NCBI GenBank assembly: GCA_963514005.1
Contig: OY740794.1
Location: 38,316,001-38,380,000, forward strand
Direction of reading: 5' to 3'
DNA length: 64,000 bases
DNA from: Raja brachyura
Taxonomy: Eukaryota
Shown here: in pieces, positions 52,563 through 64,000 of the stretch
Layout of the letters: each line of letters begins with the position of its first letter
How positions within the stretch are numbered: position 1 is the stretch's first letter
Translations under genes and position numbers: made by a program
The notes under the pieces: generated by a model
What the model was told of the DNA's origin: nothing
What the model saw: the letters and a program-made list of their open reading frames with translations, nothing else
The model's database searches: none

Positions 52563-54184
52563 TTTGATTTTCATTTATGGTCTGCAAAGCTTCATTGCAG
52601 AACCATGAACACATTCTCTCTGGACTAGTCACATGTTACCAAAAATAATTAAGTCAATTTCTACCCCAGAACGTCCACTATTTGTAGCAGGTAGATATGA
52701 AGACTACAATATTCAAATTCTGCCAAATGATTTATCTATTAAATGCAATGAAGTGCAAGTCTATAATTCTAATCAAATCTGTTTCTAGTTTAAATATATG
52801 TGTGTGGGTGGAAAGGGTCTTGCTTTCTGGCACATGTAGTACCAGGAAGTGAACAGCTTGCTATGGCCCAAGGTAGTGAGATAATGAAAGTGTAACATCC
52901 TGTAAGGAGAGGAACTGTTGCTGATAGAGCCATGTGGGAGGTGAAGAGAGTGGAGATGATTTCAGCACAACACACTTACAATTGGTGGTTAGAGAAGAAC
53001 TTGCTTGCCACATCTGTCAGGAAAAGCTCTACTCAAGGGAGAAGAACCAGTTCCAAGAATTGCCTTTGAGCAAATGCCTTCTGTGAATTATTTCATGGAA
53101 ATAGAACTTCCTGTTGTGGTGTTGTGTCTCTAGCTATTGTCCCAGACTCCCATTTCCGAGAAGCCCCAACACCTCCAAATACTACGATGACAAAACAATT
53201 GTTAGGATGACCGTACACAGCAGCAAAATCTGACTGACGCGTTTCCATTGGGGGAGAAAAATCATGCATTTCCAATTTGAATTGACCACGTGCACCAACC
53301 TTACATATCATGTTGCGATGATCAGTATGATGACTAAGTGATTGTCCTCAATTTTCTATAAACCAATGCATTCTAATGATTTATTATACAATAATGCTCA
53401 AGTTGAGATGCTGGAGTTTTATTAGCAATGGCCTTTTGTATAGTAGGCCGGGGCATGTGCAGGTGGGAATCCAGCAGGGACACGGGCCCTGAAAGAATCA
53501 GTAGGCACTTTAAGGATACTCCCATTTAAATTGTAAATGGTTAAAAGTGTTTCGCTAATAAAGATTACAATTAAATTCCTGTGCACTCCCGTGGTATAGG
53601 CCCTCTACATTACTATAGTTGATTCATGAATGTGGTAGAATTGCGACTGGCTGAAAAAGCCATTGTTAAAATCTGCACAGCCCCCAAAATATTTGTCTTA
53701 TTTCAATTAAGCTTAAATATATCAGGCACCATTTGTGGTGCCACAGATGGAAGGATTCCTGAACTGTGCATGGTAGAACATTTGTCTGATATGAGTTAAT
53801 GAAAGTGATTCCCTTTTTGCACAAGCTTTCATGGTGTTGAGTATGTTGTCTTTCTGCTATCATTTGCTCAAGTCTTTTTTTTTCATCAGAGGGCACTTTG
53901 AACTCACAATCATTGTTTGAGGTATTTTTTCCATTGTTTTGTGACTGTTTCCCTCAATCAAGAAGCCAATGTAATGACAGGAAGGCACAGTCTTCTTCCT
54001 CTTAAACTGAATAAGGGTGCAGGACAAGAATGCAAACACTCCTTTTCCACGGTCTGCACAGCGGAGGAACAGTTTGATCTCAGTGATCGGAGTCCATGGC
54101 CAAGAAGCATGTAGGGACTTCAGGCACAGCCCATAAGGCCTGGCCTCACCACCTCACTTGTTTCTGCCTTTCTTTGCTGCCAAC

Positions 54185-55080
54185 TTATTCCAGGCCCTCT
54201 GTCTTAAGAATTCCAGGTATCATCCTGATGCATCTCTTCTGCACAGTTTCCAACTTAACAACATAATTCCTATAACTGGGTGATCAGAACTGCACATAGT
54301 ATTCCAAATGTAGTCACACCAACAACTTGTACGGCTGCATCATTATAGCGCCACATAGCACGGAAACAGGCTCTTCAGCTCAACGTGTCCATGCTGACCA
54401 AGTACCTCTATCCGTGTACCTGTCGAAATGTCCTTTACATTTTGTTATTGTTCCTGCCTCAGTTACTTCCTCTGGCAGCTTATTCTATATATACACCACC
54501 CTCTGTGTGGAAAAAGTTGCCCCTCGGGTTCCTATTAAATCTTTCCCCTCTCACGTTAAACCTATGCCCTCCAGTTCTTGATTCCCTTATCCTGGGAAAA
54601 ACACTGTGCATTCACCCTATCTATTCCACACCTGATATTATACACCTGATGTTAACACCAGATGTTATACACCTCTATAAAATCACCCCCAGCCTCCTGC
54701 TCTCCAAGGAATAAAGTCCTGACGTACACAACCTCTCCTTATATCTCAGGTTATCTGGACAGGCAACATCCTTGTAAATCTTCTCTGCATTCCTTCCAGC
54801 ACAATTGCATATTTCCTATAGCAGGGTGATAACAGAAAACAGAACTCAATACTCCAAGTGTGCCTCAATAATGTCTTGTACAACTATAATATAATATCCC
54901 AACTTCTATAACCAGCTACTTGACTGATGAAGGTCAACGTGCCAAAAGCCTTTGTCACCTCCCTATTTCAGAGAACTATGTACTTGCACCCTCTGCTGTA
55001 CAACACTCCCCAGGGCCCTAACATTCAATTTGAAGGATGTACCTTGGTTTGACTTTCCAAAATACACCTCACACTTATCT
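54185..55080 (-). mobile_element. Two nested or adjacent CR1 3' fragments
   Basis: aactgcacatagtattccaaatgt (HLEYCVQF antisense) occurs twice (about 54290 and 54845); a new 3' tail starts at about 54352. Confidence 0.75.
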
Positions 55081-57154
55081 GAAGCTGAGGTAAAACTATC
55101 CTTCCAAAGAAGTGTCTTGAAAAGAAAGTTAATATTGGTATTTTGAAAATAATGTGATGCACTCAGGCAACTTCTTCAGTTGAAGACCCCAAATGTTCTC
55201 CAACTCTTTAAACTAGATTTAGGATTGGGTTGGAGAGGGGCAGAATTCTTTATAACGAGGCATTACAGAAACCTCCCTTGTCCTAGTGCATGATATATTA
55301 GTTAAACCCCTTCAAGGAATAAAACACAATATTATGACTGGCTGCTAAAGTTGAAGAATTGATTAAGGTGACTAAACAGACTAACCACTGTTCACTGATG
55401 CATCATTATGCCTTAGGGCCTAATATCTCTAAGTAATTCATCAGCTACAAATAAAATTCTTAATTGTTCTGGAACTGCATTTGTAAGTTCACAGCACATC
55501 ATTTCGGGGAGAGAAAAGGCATGCATAAAATTCCAAGTGGAGCATTTCAGTCGAAGATTGCTAACCCAAACATTCCTATAACTCAGTTTTTGTAATCCAT
55601 GTGTGGTGCATTTCACCATTTTTTTTAATGCCCTTTTTATAATTCCTGGATCTTTCATGATTACTTAACTCACCAAAATTGCTGATGTCTCCTTAAAATG
55701 AGACTTGCATGTGTTCTATATGTGTGTTCCTGCCCGCTGAGTTAGACTATAGGCATCAGTGTTGTTGCTTAGTCCGGCAACCAATATACCTGTTTTTAAT
55801 TCAATCTTGGCACAAGAACCACCCCCATCCATCCCATTCCCCACTTAAAAACAAAGACAAATGCTACTGAACTGAAACGTTGGAATTAGTATAAGACTAT
55901 CATGATGTCCCTATGTTTTGCTGTTTCTTTAACTTTGTCCTCGGCTATGTGACGATTCCCTTGCATTCTATACGTCGTTTGTTCTTCATGCCTTATGGTC
56001 ACGTTTAGTGTTTTCTCCTATGTGTTCTTCACGTTGAATGCACAGTGTGTGTTTTTCCTGCACCATAATGTTACCTGCTTCACATTGTTGTGTCCTTGAC
56101 ATATTACATTCTTGTCAATGGTTGGCTTGTATTCCTTGCCTTTCACAGAATTTGTCCAGTGATAAATGAATTTATAAAACTCCAGCATTGAAATTAATAC
56201 AGACAACATGCATTTACATTGTATCAAAGATGTTTGGTGTTGTAATTGTCATCAAATTGTTTCTTGTTTTCTTCACATTCTCAGTATTCTAATTGTGGGG
56301 TTTATTGGAATTGCCTCCTTACAATTCTAGTCACTAACACCAACAGTTTTCCTACTTTTGCTATTTTGCTGCTAATAACCAATGGGCCATATTCTTCAAT
56401 TGAACTATTTTAAGTTTGCAGAATTAGGCCATCATTTTTTTCTCACTGGTCTTCGGAAAGATTGTGATTCAGGATTTACACCCCATGATTGCCTGAATCT
56501 GAGGTTACTGCCTGGCTAGTCTTGTAAGGGATAAGAGACAAGAGTCCATTTCTCTTTTAGTTAACACTTCACCATGGTCATTTTGGAAAGTTATTACAGA
56601 GTTGTGCACAATTTATTACAAACCCTGTCCCCTTCACCTTCCACCAACCATTCTCCCTGTTTCCCAACTTAGCTGATTCCCGATCTCTGTCCCGTCCCCC
56701 TTCCTCAGAACTCACTATAATAATGCTTATAAACAAATAGTCAACCAACAATATTCAGAGCAACCCATTGGACATGTTCCCAACTCCTGTCCTGCCAAGC
56801 TTCTTGAGGGGTCAACACCGTCACCAGTTGAGGTAATTGGTAGAGCTGGGTTGAGTCACCTCCCTATTCAACAGCCAACAGTTTACAGACAGCTGGGAGC
56901 TTTCCAACACCATGCAAGTTACTGAGATCTGGATCAGTCCATGGTTGCTGGATTGGTGACCGCTCTCGCTGACTGGTATTTACATGAATGGCCTTTAGAT
57001 AAGCTAAAGAGCCCCTCACTCGCAACAGGAATTCATTTGGAAAAACCACAACAATAGTAAAATCTTGCAACATGCGAAGAGTGGTGTGCAATAATTAGTA
57101 ATAAATGGAACCATGCATAGAACAACCATTTATTTATATAATGGAGTAAACAAA

Positions 57155-57600
57155 AACATTGAATGGTACAGCACAGGAACAGGCCCTTCAGCCCATAATG
57201 TACACGTCAAACGATGCCAATTAAAATAATCTCCCCTGCCAGCACATAATCTATATCTCTCCATTCTCTGTATTTGCATGTGCCTATCCAAAAGCCTCTT
57301 AAATGCCACTATTGTATGTCTCCACCACCACCTGGCAGCGCATTCAAGGCACCCACCACTATCTGTGTAAAAAACCTTTCCTCGCACATCTCTTTTAAAT
57401 ATCCTCCCTCTCACCTTAAAGCTATGCCCTCTAGCCTTTGACAGTTCCACTCTGAGAAAAAAGGTTCTGACTGTCCACCCTATTCATGCCTCTTAAAATT
57501 TAATAAACTTCTATCAGATCTACCTCAGCCTCTGATGTTCCATTAAAGTCAGTCCAAGTTGGTCCACCCTCTCCTTGCAACTATTACTTTCCAATCTGGG
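57155..57600 (-). mobile_element. CR1 3' fragment
   Basis: KARGHSFKVRGRIFKRDVRGK..AFKRLLDRHM. Confidence 0.8.
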
Positions 57601-57762
57601 GAGACATAAATGTTTAGTAGACCAGAGCCCTAATGTAGGGCTGTTGGTTGGTGTACTGTATGTCCCATTGACTCCTGTTATTTGTGGTAGAAAACAGAAA
57701 CAAAATAGCCAAGTAGTGTTTGATAAATGGCATAAGCTGACTCGATAGTGCCCTTTTTGCAG

Positions 57763-57877
57763 AACCTTTTACCGATTTGAAGCAGGCTGGGACAGCTCCA
57801 TGCATAACTCCCTGCTGCTCAACAGAGTGACCCCATATGGAGAGAAGATCTACATGACATTGTCTGCATATTTGGAG
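57763..57877 (+). CDS. KIF1A: KIF1A exon [38 protein letters not shown], 115 nt
   Basis: ttttgcag|A acceptor; GAG|gtaggg donor. Confidence 0.95.
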
Positions 57878-58570
57878 GTAGGGGTCTACTTTAATCAAAC
57901 ACATTTTGAGCTCCATAATGTTGTAATGTCATCAGTGCTAAGGGATGGAACAGTTCGCATTTTATGTGCACATTCTCAGAATCATGCACATCCAGGTCAC
58001 TCTCAGCAGAGAGTAAAGTCACTGTCAAACATTCCCAGGGGAAGAACAGTATGAATTACATTTAGAATAAAAAATCCATGAGGTCAGTTTCATTAAATAC
58101 GATCAGAAGAACTGTGAATTAAAGAAAGAATGAAAGTCTATATACACAATTTCATCAAATGCTTACTGAGTAGCAATCAATAGCTTAAACAGAAAATAAT
58201 ATACTTTCAAAATCCTCTCATTTGAAATTAGTGCAGATTCAACTCTACTACAGAGCAAATCACCTTACGGACTGTTATCAAAGCTATTTGGTCAAGATAA
58301 ATACAAAGCATGTAGTTTGTCTCACCAAATACTTCTGGGTTGCATATACTGTAAGTAAAGTTCCCTCCTCAACTGTTCAGCAACATTTCATATGAGCTCC
58401 ATTATTACCCTAGTGCAATATTTCTTAATTCACTTCACTGGACATTCTGCACTTCTCTTTTGCAAGTATTCAGGATTGTTTCTGTTATAGCTGTCTGCAG
58501 ATGAGGAATTGAATTGCTTCCCTGGACAAGCAGGACAGAGGGATGAAAGGTTGAAGCAAAAGCCAAGAAG

Positions 58571-58878
58571 GGTGGTACAATAGCGCAACTGGTAAAGTTG
58601 CTGCCTCACGGCACCAGAGACCTGGGTTCGATCCTGATCTCCGGTGCTATCTGTGTAGAGTTTACTCGTTCTCCCTGTGACCATGTTGGTTTCCTCCGGA
58701 TGCTCCAGTTTCCTCTCATATCCAAAGACATGTGGGTTTACAGGTTAATCGACCTCTGTAAATTGCCCCTCGTGTGTAGGGAATGGATGAAAAACTGGGA
58801 TAACTAATGAGCGATCGATGGTCGGCATGTGTTCAGTGGGCTGAAGAGCCTGTTTCCACGCTGTAACTTTAAACTAAA
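58571..58878 (+). mobile_element. tRNA-derived SINE (HE1/V-SINE-like)
   Basis: gggttcgatcc B-box, gagtttactcgttctccctgtgacc core, gggctgaagagcctgtttcc tail. Confidence 0.85.
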
Positions 58879-58947
58879 GGAGACAAAAATCATTCACGTG
58901 CTTATTATTTATTGGTGGACCATTTATAAATCTATTTCTTCTTGCAG

Positions 58948-59081
58948 ATGAAAGACTGCACACAGCCTGCTGTCATCACCAAAGACTTCTGCATGGTTTT
59001 CTACACCCGCGATGCCAGACTGCCAGCCTCCCGTTCCATTCGAAATCTATTTGGCAGCGGAACACTCAAAGCTTCAGAAAG
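58948..59081 (+). CDS. KIF1A: KIF1A exon [44 protein letters not shown](S), 134 nt
   Basis: cttgcag|ATG acceptor; GAAAG|gtagga donor. Confidence 0.95.
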
Positions 59082-59164
59082 GTAGGAATCTGCACTGCCA
59101 GCAACCTACAGCTGGTCTCAGGTGCCCCTACCTCTCAGAGTAAAATACATATTATGATGTGTTA

Positions 59165-59290
59165 AAGAAGGAACTGCAGATGCTGGAGATTCGAGGGTTA
59201 CACAAAAAGCTGGAGAAACTCAGCGGGTGCAGCAGCATCTGAGGAGCGAAGGAGATAGGCGACGTTTCGGGTCGAGACCCTTCTTCAGAC
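59165..59290 (-). mobile_element. 126-bp Penelope-pLTR-type insert with an 18-bp flanking direct repeat
   Basis: acatattatgatgtgtta at 59147-59164 and 59291-59308. Confidence 0.85.
59258..59290 (-). ncRNA. Minimal type I hammerhead ribozyme motif, core intact
   Basis: Minus strand: GT CTGAAGA A GGGTC TC GACCC GAAA C GTC GCC. Confidence 0.7.
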
Positions 59291-59621
59291 ACATATTATG
59301 ATGTGTTATGTGCATGGGGGAAGAGAGCTCGCATAACAGTTTTGGATTGGATTTTTCAATATTGCTATCTTTTTGGAGAAAGAAGACTGATAATGAGAAT
59401 GTGGGATTGTATTTTTGGGGTACTAATACCATTTATTAGAATTATAAATACTCACATTTAAAGGACCAGTTGAAGATGGAGTAGGTTCTACCTGACTGAC
59501 AGACCAGTTTAGGGGAAAATCACTGCAGGTCAGAAGGTACAATGAAAGATTATTTTCTATTAATTGATAAATTCACCAGATACTTTTTCACCCCAGGTGT
59601 GATGGATCCCTCATATCATCC

Positions 59622-59960
59622 CATAGAACGGAGAAGACTACAGCATAGAAACAGTACCTTCAGCCCACAATGCCAGCACTAAAAATGATGCCAAGACCAA
59701 CTCTTATCTGCCTGCACATAATCCATATCCCTCCATTCCCAGCATATCCATGTGCCTATAAAAAGTCTTGTATACCGCTATTGTATTTGACCCTGGCAGC
59801 GTTCCAGACACTCGCTACACTTTGTGTAAAAACTTGCCCTGCACATCTCTTTTAAACTTTGCCCTCGCACCTTAAAGCTGTGCTCCCTAGTATTTGATAT
59901 TTCCAAGCTGAATTCTGTCTACCCTATCTGCCTTTCATAATTTTCTATACTTCTATCCTC
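59622..59960 (-). mobile_element. CR1 3' fragment
   Basis: Same subfamily motifs as 57155-57600. Confidence 0.7.
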
Positions 59961-60459
59961 TGACTTCATATTTTATTAATCTCTCCTTCTCTCATAGGCT
60001 TTTTTCTTTTTATCATTTGCCTTTGTCCTACCATCTTCAATCGAACAACCCCCCCCCCCCCCCTCACTTGTACCTGCCTATCACTTGCCTGGTTTTGTCC
60101 TGCTCCCTCCGCTCTTTCAGCTTCTTCATCCCACTGTAAATAGTCTGAACTGGAGCCCCGAAACAAAACGTTTCCTATTCAGGTCATCCAGAGACGCTGC
60201 CAGATGTGCTGATTTATTCCAGCACCTTGTGTCTTTTTTTATAAACCAGAATCTGCAACCCCTTGTGTCTAGATGAGGTTTTTTCCTTCTTTGCTTCTGC
60301 TGTCCACCTCTATAGCCCCCAACAATGGATGGTACTCATTAGGAAAATACCGTGAGATTCCTGTGATGCATCAGATTATATAATGTTTATATTGTGCAAG
60401 GACTGGGTATCAGTTGAGTTCATTAACAAAACTGTGTCTTTTTTATTATCATTTAACAG

Positions 60460-60521
60460 TAACCGAGTGACTGGTGTGTATGAGCTGAGCCTGTGTCGGG
60501 TGGCAGATGCAGTGAGCCCAG
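60460..60521 (+). CDS. KIF1A: KIF1A exon NRVTGVYELSLCRVADAVSP(G), 62 nt
   Basis: tttaacag|T acceptor; CCAG|gtaagt donor. Confidence 0.95.
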
Positions 60522-61011
60522 GTAAGTTTGAAAAGGGAACAACTAAATGGTTACTGTTTAACTGGTTCAACTCACTAGCATGTGGCTTTGTACAGGATAT
60601 TGGGTTTGATCTCCTTTTGCTAGGGATTGTACACATGTGAATGAGTTATCTTTGCGTGGACGGTGGGGTGGGGGGTGCAGGATTGAAACAGAAACCACTC
60701 AAATTACATATTGCATTATGGACCAGCTTGGTGAGTCAATAATTATCCCTGGGACTGCTGTAGTCCCTAACATTCTCAGCATTCAGTAATTAAATTACCT
60801 CACAGTGCCAATGCTTGGAGGTGCTGCTTCACAGCTCCAGGATCCCAGGTTCATTCCCAGGTAAGTCGGCAAAAAGAAACAAAAGAAGAGTTGACAAACA
60901 TTTGACAGAGAGGCAAAGTTCCAGTGGTAGAGTGAAATAAGACCGTGATGGGACTAATGAGAGCCAGATGGATTGAATGACCTTCTTCTGTGTCCTGTGT
61001 AGGATAACCCA

Positions 61012-61559
61012 TCTCAATACTTATAAAACTCTGATCTTGGATGTGTATTTATTTGTGTGTGTGTTTGTGTGTAATCACATCTTCGCGAAAAAACTATGTG
61101 CTAACGGTAAATTTTTTACATATTCCGGTAGACATTTTTCCCCTGGAGTCCAAAATCGCCTTATCTGAAAATGTCTTGCTTTATTTCTCGAGTTATTAAT
61201 GAGAATGTTAAAAAATCTGACAAAACTTAAAACTGAATTTAAAAATGACTGCCTTTCGCTGATTACGTCACAATGGGTCTGTGTGCCTTCTTCCTCAAGC
61301 TGCGAGTGACGTCACCCCTCCCTCCTCTCCCCCCCCCCCCCCCCCCCCCATTTTTGAAAGAACAAGCAAGTCGGGCCCTGTACTGCAGCTCTCGGTCTCG
61401 GCTCCTCGGCTCGGTCTCAGCTCCTCGGGGGGTGGTTAGTGTGTGTGTGGGGGGTGTTTATTGTGTGTGTGGGGTGGTTTGTGTGTGTGTGACGCCGCAG
61501 GCAGCCCCCCACACCCACGTGTTGAAGGGACGGGACCTAATGGGTCCCACTTGGTCTAG
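61012..61559 (+). mobile_element. Non-autonomous Helitron (548 bp)
   Basis: Starts TC after host A (61011). Subterminal hairpin gggacc-taatg-ggtccc (61532-61548). Ends CTAG before host T (61560). No TSD. Confidence 0.8.
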
Positions 61560-62134
61560 TATACCATCATTTTCTATTGAAAAATACACATCGCTGAGGC
61601 AAACCCCACACCCTGAGGAACACCTATTCTTGGACTCTCAATGTGAATGCAATTTGCCACAACCACACAACCAGCTCCCAAATATCCCAACACATAACAT
61701 CAATAAAATCTGAGGATCCTTATTATCATGCCAAATATGATTGTTCCATCCACTACAATTGGTACAACATTTTGGGTGTTTGGATATTTGTCTCAAGCTG
61801 TCCAAGTTTACCCTACTCTCGGTAAGGCCAGCTGCATACAGAATGAAGGCAGTGGAGAATGTTGAAGTTAATGGTGAAAATCAGAACCCTGAGGGATGAG
61901 TGACAAACACGAGAGAGGTCAATAGTCCTGCTGCCCTCAGCTGAAACCCTAACTACTGGTGTCTTTTTCATATTGAGATAAATTGGAAGTAACTGCGGCA
62001 TCTAGTTTCCACTAATAGTAAATGCTCCCTCCATGTCATAAAGGAATATGAAACTATGAATGAGTCGCTTTCAGAATCTGTTGAAAAGGTTTATTTTATT
62101 TTATATAATTCATGGGGTTGTAAGATATGCAGCA

Positions 62135-62468
62135 TGGCAATAGGCTCTTCGGCTCACCAAATCCACATTGACAATCACCACCATGTGCACAAATCCTACA
62201 TTAATCCCAATCTTCCTATATTCTATCCACATTTCCATATTCTAGCACTAATCGATATACTCGGAACAATTTGCAGTAGTGAATTAACCTACTGATCCAC
62301 ACATTGTTGGGATGTGGGAGGAGCTCTCAGTGGAAATGTGGGAGAGCTCTCAGAGGAAACCCACAGGGAGAATGTGCCTATTCCACATAGACAACATCCG
62401 AGGTCATGGTCGAATCCCGGTCTCTGGCACTGTGAAGCAGCAAGTCTACTAGCTGTACCATTGTGCCA
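62135..62468 (-). mobile_element. tRNA-derived SINE, antisense
   Basis: Reverse strand reads tggcacaatggtacagctagtagac..cagtgccagagaccgggattcgacc. Confidence 0.7.
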
Positions 62469-62529
62469 TCCATTCCATTGTTAAAAATGAGTCCATTTTA
62501 TTGGAACATAATTTTCAAATTTTCCATTA

Positions 62530-63410
62530 CACACTACAGGAAGGATCTAATTCTGGAGAAAGCACAGTGGAATCTCACTATGTCTCTGTCCCACTCTGTG
62601 CCTCTGTGTCCATGTCTGTGCCTCTTGTGTCCCTCTCCGTGTCTCTGCCCTCTCTCTCTCTCTACCCCCCCTCCCTCTCTAGCCACGCCCAGTCACACAC
62701 ACACTTGTTTTCCCTGAACCAAAGGAAATCTGTGGGGTGACCAGATAGAAGTATGTAAAATTATTGGAGGCTTATTTGGGGTAGATAGTCCTTTCTTCAT
62801 GATAGGCTATCAAAAATGAGGCATGTGTATAAAGTGAAAGGAAAGTTCTAAAGGGGATATTATGCAAAACTTTATTTACACAGAGAGTGGTTGATATCTG
62901 TAACTCTGCTGCCAGAGGAGGCGGTGGAGTTAAATGGGGTGGCACGGTGGTGGGGTGGCACGGTGGTGCAGCGGTAGAGTTGTTGCCTTACAACGCTTGC
63001 AGCACCAGAGACCTTGGTTCAATCCCAAACGCTGTCTGTATGGAGTTTGTACGTTCTCCCTGTGACCGTGTGGGTTTTCTCTGAGATCTTTGGTTTCCTC
63101 CTACACTCCAAAGGCATATAGGCTTGGAGGTTAATTGGCTTGGTATAAGTGTAAATTTTCCTTAGTGTGTGTGTGTAAGATAGTGTGAATGTGCGAGGAT
63201 CGCTGGTCGGTGCGGACTCGGTGGGCTGAAGGGCCCATTTCTGTGCTGTATCTCTAAACTAAACTAAATACAATTATTATTTTTAAGTGACATTTTGACA
63301 GGCATTAAGATTATGGATCAGATGTGGGCAAAAAAGATTAGTATAGATGGGCAGATAGATCACCATGGACATGGTTGGGCAAATCGGTAGATTCTGTGCT
63401 GTACAACTAT
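62530..63410 (+). mobile_element. Degenerate CR1 3' fragment interrupted by a simple repeat and a SINE
   Basis: HYRKDLILEKAQW..T; gaagtatgtaaaatta; tttacacagagagtggt..tctgtaactctgctgccagag; resumes at about 63285 with the tail. Confidence 0.6.
62941..63268 (+). mobile_element. tRNA-derived SINE (HE1/V-SINE-like)
   Basis: ggtggcacggtggtgcagcggtagag A-box, ggttcaatccc B-box, tgtatggagtttgtacgttctccc core, CR1-like tail ending (taaac)n. Confidence 0.85.
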
Positions 63411-63744
63411 AACTATGACTCAAAGTTCTTGATTGGATGCTACTGGTCTAGGAGCAATAAACTAACATTCTAATGATATATGAACAACACCATTTGTATT
63501 TCTCTGTGTATCTTGACTCAACTTAACATGTTGAAATTATGTATTGGAAATTAGGTGTTTAAAACAGTGCCTCAATACTTTGCTGGACGCAGACCATATC
63601 ACATAATAAATATGTAAAAGGAGTAAAATTAGAAATTTAAGAAATCTTTACTTAATCTCTTAAAGTTGCAGTTGATTGCGAAACCCCAGTATACTGTCTA
63701 TGATAGGGATGGTTAATGGGGCTTCTTCTCTTCCTGTGGTTGGA

Positions 63745-63828
63745 TATTCTGTTGTGCTGCAGCAAGCAAGAATTTAATTGTCCTACCTGGGACACATGAC
63801 AATAAAACACTCATGACTTGACTCTTGA
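63745..63828 (+). mobile_element. LINE 3' tail fragment, same family as 51440-51625
   Basis: atattctgttgtgctgcagcaagcaagaattt..gggacacatgacaataaaacactc..ttgactcttga. Confidence 0.6.
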
Positions 63829-63935
63829 CGTCAAGCTCTGGATAAAGTTGACAGTCACAGCCCTCCATTTAACAAGCCGATTCCACCACCGTTTTGTGTC
63901 TTGGGGCAGCCTTAACGTAATGTATCTTTTTGCAG

Positions 63936-64000
63936 GCATGCAGCGAAGACGCAGGCGGATCCTCGACACCTCTGTCGCCTACGTCCGTGGGGAGGAGAAT
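63936..64000 (+). CDS. KIF1A: KIF1A exon MQRRRRRILDTSVAYVRGEEN..., runs off the window end
   Basis: tttttgcag|GC acceptor; conserved KIF1 peptide. Confidence 0.95.

Noticed and set aside
62941-63030. tRNA gene (also at 58571-58640)
   Set aside because: A/B boxes run directly into the SINE core and LINE-like tail; no complete cloverleaf.

Overview
Vertebrate genomic DNA, not prokaryotic. The repeat content (HE1/V-SINE-like SINEs, CR1 LINEs with (ATAGAAAC)n tails, Penelope-type short repeats) suggests a cartilaginous fish, probably a skate or ray; this is an inference. The whole window lies inside the + strand kinesin-3 gene KIF1A. I traced 18 exons with consistent splice phase from the acidic 'exon 25b'-like cassette (2108-2413) to the MQRRRRR exon at the window edge, including a 27-nt microexon and a candidate 24-nt microexon. 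The introns contain: (1) a full-length but decayed DIRS1-type tyrosine-recombinase retrotransposon (33964-38771) with gag, RT-RNaseH-methyltransferase-like pol, YR and an intact ITR/ICR terminal system; (2) a 2.6-kb CR1 LINE nested antisense inside a short copy of its own family; (3) a Penelope GIY-YIG remnant; (4) many ~100-bp Penelope-type repeats carrying a minimal hammerhead-ribozyme core, three of them flanked by exact direct repeats; (5) a non-autonomous Helitron; (6) a ~1-kb TIR element with a 7-bp direct repeat; (7) SINEs and minisatellites. Most short ORFs in the supplied track are spurious. Coordinates of degenerate repeats are approximate, and family names come from motif recognition, not database searches.
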